From Terriglobia bacterium (GTDB taxonomy: Bacteria > Acidobacteriota > Polarisedimenticolia > Polarisedimenticolales > JAIQFR01), in the NCBI GenBank assembly GCA_963748015.1, contig CAVVHE010000004.1, positions 1,568,001 through 1,632,000 on the forward strand: a stretch of 64,000 nucleotides of DNA. The letters are read 5' to 3'. Each line of letters opens with the position of its first letter. Position 1 is the first letter of the stretch. The notes beneath the pieces are model-generated. The model was not told the DNA's origin and made no database searches. It saw nothing but the letters and a program-made list of their open reading frames with translations. Positions 59,315-64,000 of this stretch are shown piece by piece. A program made the position numbers and the translations under genes.

Positions 59315-60761
59315 CTACGGCAACGTCGCGACAGCCTTGCGGATCCGGCGCACGCAGGCTTCCCTGCCCAGCGTCTCCATCAGCGCGTAGAGCCCCGGCC
59401 CGGCGCCCATCCCCGTGCACGCCAGCCGGAGCGGGTGGACGAGCGACGGAGAGCTTCAGGCCGTCGAGCTCGGCGAACGCCTTGACCGCCGCCTCGAGCG
59501 CTTCGGTCTCGAACGGCTCCTGCGCCTCGATCACCGGCAGCGTGCGATGGAGGAGCCCGCGGCTCTCGGGGGTCCAGCGCTTCTTGACGGTCTCCTCCTC
59601 GTACGCCTCGGGATCGGCGAAGAACCAGAGGGACTTCTCGAGGACCTCGCGCACGAAGGTGATCCTCTCGCGCATGAGATCGAGGACGCGGAGCAGGTAG
59701 GCGTCGTCGAACCCCGCGATCCCTTTCGCGGCGAGGAGCGGCTTCAGCTCGCCGAGCAGCTCGGCCGGAGATTTTCTCCGGAGATACTCGCCGTTGAGCC
59801 AGCGGAGCTTCTCGAGGTCGAAGATCGCCCCCGACTTCCCGACGCGCTCGAGCGAGAACTCCTGCACGAGGTCCTCGAGCGTGAAGAAGTCGCGGTCGTA
59901 CCCCGGGTTCCAGCCGAGGAGCGCGACGAAGTTGACCAGCGCCTCCGGGTAGTACCCGTGCCCCCGGTAGTCCGAGACGGCCACGTCCGCCTGCCGCTTG
60001 CTGAGCTTCGAGCGGTCGGTGCCGAGGAGCAGCGGCAGGTGCGCGAACCGCGGCGCGTCCCAGTCGAGGTACCGGTACAGGAGGACGTGCTTCGGGGTGC
60101 TCGGCAGCCACTCCTCGCCGCGGATCACGTGGGTGATCCCCATCAGGTGGTCGTCCACCACGTTGGCGAGGTGGTAGGTCGGATAGCCGTCGGACTTGAG
60201 GAGGATCTGGTCGTCGAGGATCTCGGTCGAGATCTCGACCCGGCCGCGGACGACGTCGGAGACGACCACGGCCTTCTCGTCGGGGATTCGCAGCCGGAGG
60301 ACGTAAGGCTCGCCCGCCGCCTGCTTCGCCGCGATCTCCTCCGGGGCCAGCCGCAGGCAGAACCGGTCGTACTTGGTGGACTGCTGCTGCTTCTCCCGCC
60401 CCTTCCGCATCTCGTCGAGGCGTAGGGCGGTGCAGAAGCACGGGTAGGCCTTTCCGGTCGCGACCAGGCGGTCCGCCGCCTCCCGGTAGTGCGCGAGGCG
60501 CTCGGACTGGAAGTACGGCTCGTGCGGCCCACCCACCCCCGGACCTTCGTCGTAGTCGAGCCCGGCCCAGCGCAGCGAGTCCACGATCATCTCGACCGCT
60601 CCCGGCACGTAGCGGGTGCGGTCGGTGTCCTCGATCCTCAGGATGAACTCCCCCCCGTGCCGCCGCGCGAAGAGGAAGTTGTAGAGGGCCGTCCGGAGCC
60701 CTCCCACGTGGAGATACCCCGTGGGGCTCGGGGCGAAGCGGACGCGGACCCTGTCGCTCAT
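59315..60761 (-). CDS. gltX: Glutamate-tRNA ligase; frameshift near 59447
   Basis: [33 protein letters not shown]; shifted tail [14 protein letters not shown]. Confidence 0.95.
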
Positions 60762-60834
60762 GCTCGTTTTCCCTCTGAAACCGGGAGTCGCGGCGCGCAC
60801 GATAGCAACCTCCCCGGCGCCCCGGCAAGGTTCC

Positions 60835-60863
60835 TTGACCGGAATGTCCGCGAACCCTATAAT
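60835..60863 (+). promoter_or_regulatory. Sigma-70 promoter of tRNA-Gln
   Basis: TTGACC-17 nt-TATAAT. Confidence 0.8.
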
Positions 60864-60886
60864 TCCGCTCGTTTTCCGGAGCTTGC

Positions 60887-60960
60887 TGGGGAGTCGTCCA
60901 ACGGTAGGACATGCGGCTCTGGACCGTAGAATCGGGGTTCGAATCCCTGCTCCCCAGCCA
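60887..60960 (+). tRNA. tRNA-Gln(CTG)
   Basis: TGGGGAG acceptor; TGCGG-CTCTGGA-CCGTA; GTTCGAATC; GCCA end. Confidence 0.95.
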
Positions 60961-61084
60961 CAGCCTGGCCGCCTAGGCTCCACGCTACTCCATCCCGATT
61001 TCCCGTCGGACGGAAGGCGCGTTATGCTGGACGGCCGTCGCCTCAGTCCGCCGACGAGCGGGGAGGCCGGGTAGGACCAACGGG

Positions 61085-62437
61085 ATGGACAGTGCCCTCG
61101 CGGTGCACCGGCTGCACTTCGCCTTCACGGCGACCTTCCACTACCTCTTTCCGCAGCTCACGATGGGGCTGGCGCTTCTGATCTTCGTCCTGAAGGTCAT
61201 GGCCCTTCGCTCGGGCAACGAGGTCTACGGTCGGGGCGCGCGTTTCTGGACGAAGATCTTCGCCGTGAACTTCCTCATGGGGGTCGTGACGGGAATTCCC
61301 CTCGAGTTCCAGTTCGGGACCAACTGGTCGGAGTTCTCGCGTGCGGCCGGGGGGGTGATCGGCCAGACGCTGGCGATGGAGGGAACGTTCGCGTTCTTCC
61401 TCGAGTCCACGTTCCTCGGCCTGTTCCTGTTCGGCGAGAAGAAGCTCGGCCCGAAGCTGCACACGCTCGCCGCGTTCATGGTCTTCGCCGGCTCGTGGCT
61501 CTCCGGCTACTTCATCGTCGCCACGGATGCCTTCATGCAGCACCCCGTGGGGCACCGGGTGGAGGAGGGCGGGAGGATCGTCCTCGACAGCATCGGCGCG
61601 CTCCTCCTGAACCCCTGGGGGCTCTGGGAGTACGCGCACACGATGGCCGGATCGGTCGTCACCGCCGCGTTCGCGATGGCCGCGACCGGGGCGTTCTATC
61701 TCCTCCACGGCCGGCACGTCTCCTACGGGAAGCTGTTCGTCCGGATCGGCGTCGTCGCCGGCGCGATCGCGGCGGTGCTGCAGGTGTTCCCGACCGGCGA
61801 CGGCCAGGGGCGCCAGGTGGCCCGGCACCAGCCGGTGACGCTGGCGGCGATGGAAGGGCTGTTCCGGACCGAGGCGGGAGCGCCCCTCGTCCTCCTCGGC
61901 CAGCCGGACATGGAGAAGCGGCGGCTCGACAATCCGCTCGTCCTTCCGAACATGCTCAGCTTCCTGACGTACCAGCGCTGGAACGCCGAGATCAAGGGAC
62001 TCGAGGCCTTCCCGCGCGAGAGCTGGCCCGACAACATCCCGCTGATCTACTACGCCTACCACATCATGGTGGGCCTCGGCACGATGTTCGTCGCGATCGC
62101 GCTCCTGGCGGCGTGGAAGCTCTTTCGCGGCACCTTGTACGGCTCGCGCGCGGCGCTGTGGGTCCTGATGCTCGCGTTCCCGTTTCCCTTCATCGCCAAC
62201 ACCGCGGGGTGGATCACCGCGGAAGTGGGACGCCAGCCGTGGGTGATCTACGGCCTGATGCGGACCGCCGACGGGTACTCCAAGAGCGTGTCCGCCGGTA
62301 ACGCGGTGTTCACCCTGATCGGATTCGCGGGGATGTACACGCTGCTCGGCGTCCTCGCGATGTTCCTCGTCGGACGCGAGATCGCCCACGGGCCCGAGCC
62401 CGCGGGCGCCTCCGCCGACGGGCCACCGGCCGCCTGA
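61085..62437 (+). CDS. cydA: Cytochrome bd oxidase subunit I
   Basis: FHYLFP, EFQFGTNW, AFFLES, MQHP, AAMEG, AEVGRQPW. Confidence 0.97.
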   Translation: MDSALAVHRLHFAFTATFHYLFPQLTMGLALLIFVLKVMALRSGNEVYGRGARFWTKIFAVNFLMGVVTGIPLEFQFGTNWSEFSRAAGGVIGQTLAMEGTFAFFLESTFLGLFLFGEKKLGPKLHTLAAFMVFAGSWLSGYFIVATDAFMQHPVGHRVEEGGRIVLDSIGALLLNPWGLWEYAHTMAGSVVTAAFAMAATGAFYLLHGRHVSYGKLFVRIGVVAGAIAAVLQVFPTGDGQGRQVARHQPVTLAAMEGLFRTEAGAPLVLLGQPDMEKRRLDNPLVLPNMLSFLTYQRWNAEIKGLEAFPRESWPDNIPLIYYAYHIMVGLGTMFVAIALLAAWKLFRGTLYGSRAALWVLMLAFPFPFIANTAGWITAEVGRQPWVIYGLMRTADGYSKSVSAGNAVFTLIGFAGMYTLLGVLAMFLVGREIAHGPEPAGASADGPPAA

Positions 62438-62444
62438 GGGAAGG

Positions 62445-63485
62445 ATGGCGACCCTCTGGTTCTGCCTGATCGTGGCGATGCTGGCGGCCTACGTCGTCCT
62501 CGACGGCTTCGACCTCGGCGCCGGGATCCTCCATCTGGCGCTCGCGCGGACCGACGACGAGCGGCGGCTGGTGCTGCGCTCGATCGGGCCGGTGTGGGAC
62601 GGGAACGAGGTGTGGCTGATCGCCGCCGGCGCCTCGCTCCTCCTCGCCTTTCCCCCGCTCTACGCGAGCGCCTTCAGCGGCTTCTACCTCCCCCTCATGA
62701 TCGTGCTGTGGCTCCTGATGCTGCGGGGGATCGCGATCGAGCTCCGCAACCACATCGACAGCCCGGTCTGGCGGCCGCTGTGGGACGTGACGTTCGGGGT
62801 GTCGAGCCTCCTCCTCGTGGTCTTCCTCGGCGTCGCTCTCGGCAACGTGGTCCGGGGCGTGCCGCTCGAGCCCAACGGACGATTCTTCGTGCCGCTGTGG
62901 ACGAACTTCCGCCCGGGGGCCGACGCCGGCGTGCTCGACAGCTACACCCTGCTCGTCGGCCTCGCCGCGCTCGCGACGCTCACCCTCCACGGCGCGCTCT
63001 GGATCGCGCTCAAGACCGGGGGCAAGCTCCAGGCGCGCGCGAGGCGCACGGTCGACTTCGTCTGGTGGGGGGTGGCCGCCCTCACGGTGGTGCTGACGCT
63101 CTTCACGATGCGGGTGCAGCCCCAGGTCGCCGCGAGCCTCGCGAGCCGGCCGTGGGGGTACGTCTTCCCGGTGGTCGCCCTCGCGGGACTCGTCGCCGTG
63201 CTGTGGTTCACGGCGCACCAGCAGGACGCCGCGGCGTTCCTCGCGTCGAGCACGCACATCGCCGCGATGATCTCGAGCGCCGCCTTCGGCCTCTTCCCCT
63301 ACGTGCTGCCGTCGTCCGGCGACCCGTCGCTCGGCCTCACGGTGTACAGCGCCGCGGCTCCGGCCGCCGGCCTCAGGGTAGGTCTCGCGTGGTGGATTCC
63401 GGGGATGGCGCTCGTCGCCCTCTACTTCTTCTTCGCGTACCGCAAGTTCTCCGGCAAGGTCGAGCTCGGCGGCGACGGGTACTGA
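62445..63485 (+). CDS. cydB: Cytochrome bd oxidase subunit II
   Basis: YVVLDGFDLGAG, IGPVWDGNEVWL, FSGFY, LRGIAIE. Confidence 0.97.
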   Translation: MATLWFCLIVAMLAAYVVLDGFDLGAGILHLALARTDDERRLVLRSIGPVWDGNEVWLIAAGASLLLAFPPLYASAFSGFYLPLMIVLWLLMLRGIAIELRNHIDSPVWRPLWDVTFGVSSLLLVVFLGVALGNVVRGVPLEPNGRFFVPLWTNFRPGADAGVLDSYTLLVGLAALATLTLHGALWIALKTGGKLQARARRTVDFVWWGVAALTVVLTLFTMRVQPQVAASLASRPWGYVFPVVALAGLVAVLWFTAHQQDAAAFLASSTHIAAMISSAAFGLFPYVLPSSGDPSLGLTVYSAAAPAAGLRVGLAWWIPGMALVALYFFFAYRKFSGKVELGGDGY

Positions 63486-63492
63486 GCGGCCC

Positions 63493-64000
63493 ATGCGCGC
63501 GATGCTGTTGCGGTCGAACGCTCCGATCGCCGATCGTCCCCTCGAATGGACGGAGCTCGACGATCCGGAGCCCGGGGAGGGAGAGGTTCGCGTCCGCGTG
63601 AGCGCCTGCGCGGTCTGCCGGACCGATCTCCACGTGATCGAGGGCGATCTCCCCGCCCGCAGGTTGCCGCTGGTCCCGGGCCACCAGGTGGTCGGGACCG
63701 TGGACCGGCTCGGCCCGGGCTGCGGGCGGCTGGGCACCGGGGAGCGGGTCGGGATCGCCTGGCTGCGCGCGACGTGCGGCGCCTGCGAGTTCTGCCGGTC
63801 GGGGTCGGAGAACCTCTGCGGGGCGTCCCGCTACACCGGGTACCACGCGAACGGAGGGTACGCCGAGCTCGCCGTCGTCCCGGAGGCCTTCGCCTACCGG
63901 ATACCGGACGCCTTCGGCGACGTCGAGGCCGCGCCGCTCCTGTGCGCGGGCATCATCGGATACCGCGCGCTCCGCCGGAGCGAGATCGCCGCCGGCGGCC
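63493..64000 (+). CDS. Zinc-dependent alcohol dehydrogenase family protein (partial)
   Basis: Manual translation: CAVCRTDLH, PGHQVVG, CGACEFC..G.ENLC, APLLCAGIIGYRAL. Confidence 0.92.
   Translation, partial: MRAMLLRSNAPIADRPLEWTELDDPEPGEGEVRVRVSACAVCRTDLHVIEGDLPARRLPLVPGHQVVGTVDRLGPGCGRLGTGERVGIAWLRATCGACEFCRSGSENLCGASRYTGYHANGGYAELAVVPEAFAYRIPDAFGDVEAAPLLCAGIIGYRALRRSEIAAGG

Noticed and set aside
57403..60761. glnS and gltX as pseudogenes or programmed frameshifts
   Set aside because: Each has one indel, no other decay and no slippery motif, so sequencing error is the simpler explanation.

Overview
This is a very GC-rich bacterial chromosome segment. A GWxTD protein, an Oar-like TonB-dependent receptor and MopE-like, ELWxxDGT and FG-GAP secreted proteins suggest Acidobacteriota (inference). 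The left core block (1-29.7 kb) holds the GWxTD gene, TBDR, a sigma-54 two-component pair, an amidase, purD-purE-mtaB, HU, a DUF1998 helicase-exonuclease fusion, RluA, MutT, thiolase and 3-hydroxyacyl-CoA dehydrogenase. The accessory block (29.8-54.0 kb) holds large modular secreted proteins, several sharing an unnamed FN3-like C-terminal module. Its right part contains three tRNA-Met 3'-end (att-like) scars and a periodic array of three truncated tyrosine-recombinase 5' fragments, each facing a different cargo gene. This array is the best candidate for an undescribed gene-capture system. The right core block (54.1-64 kb) holds HIT, murA, serS, two tRNA-Ser, glnS, gltX, tRNA-Gln, cydAB and a partial Zn-ADH. 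Several genes, including glnS and gltX, carry single-base frameshifts, most likely assembly indels. No CRISPR array, rRNA or intact integrase or transposase was seen. Family assignments come from motif recognition by eye, not database searches.
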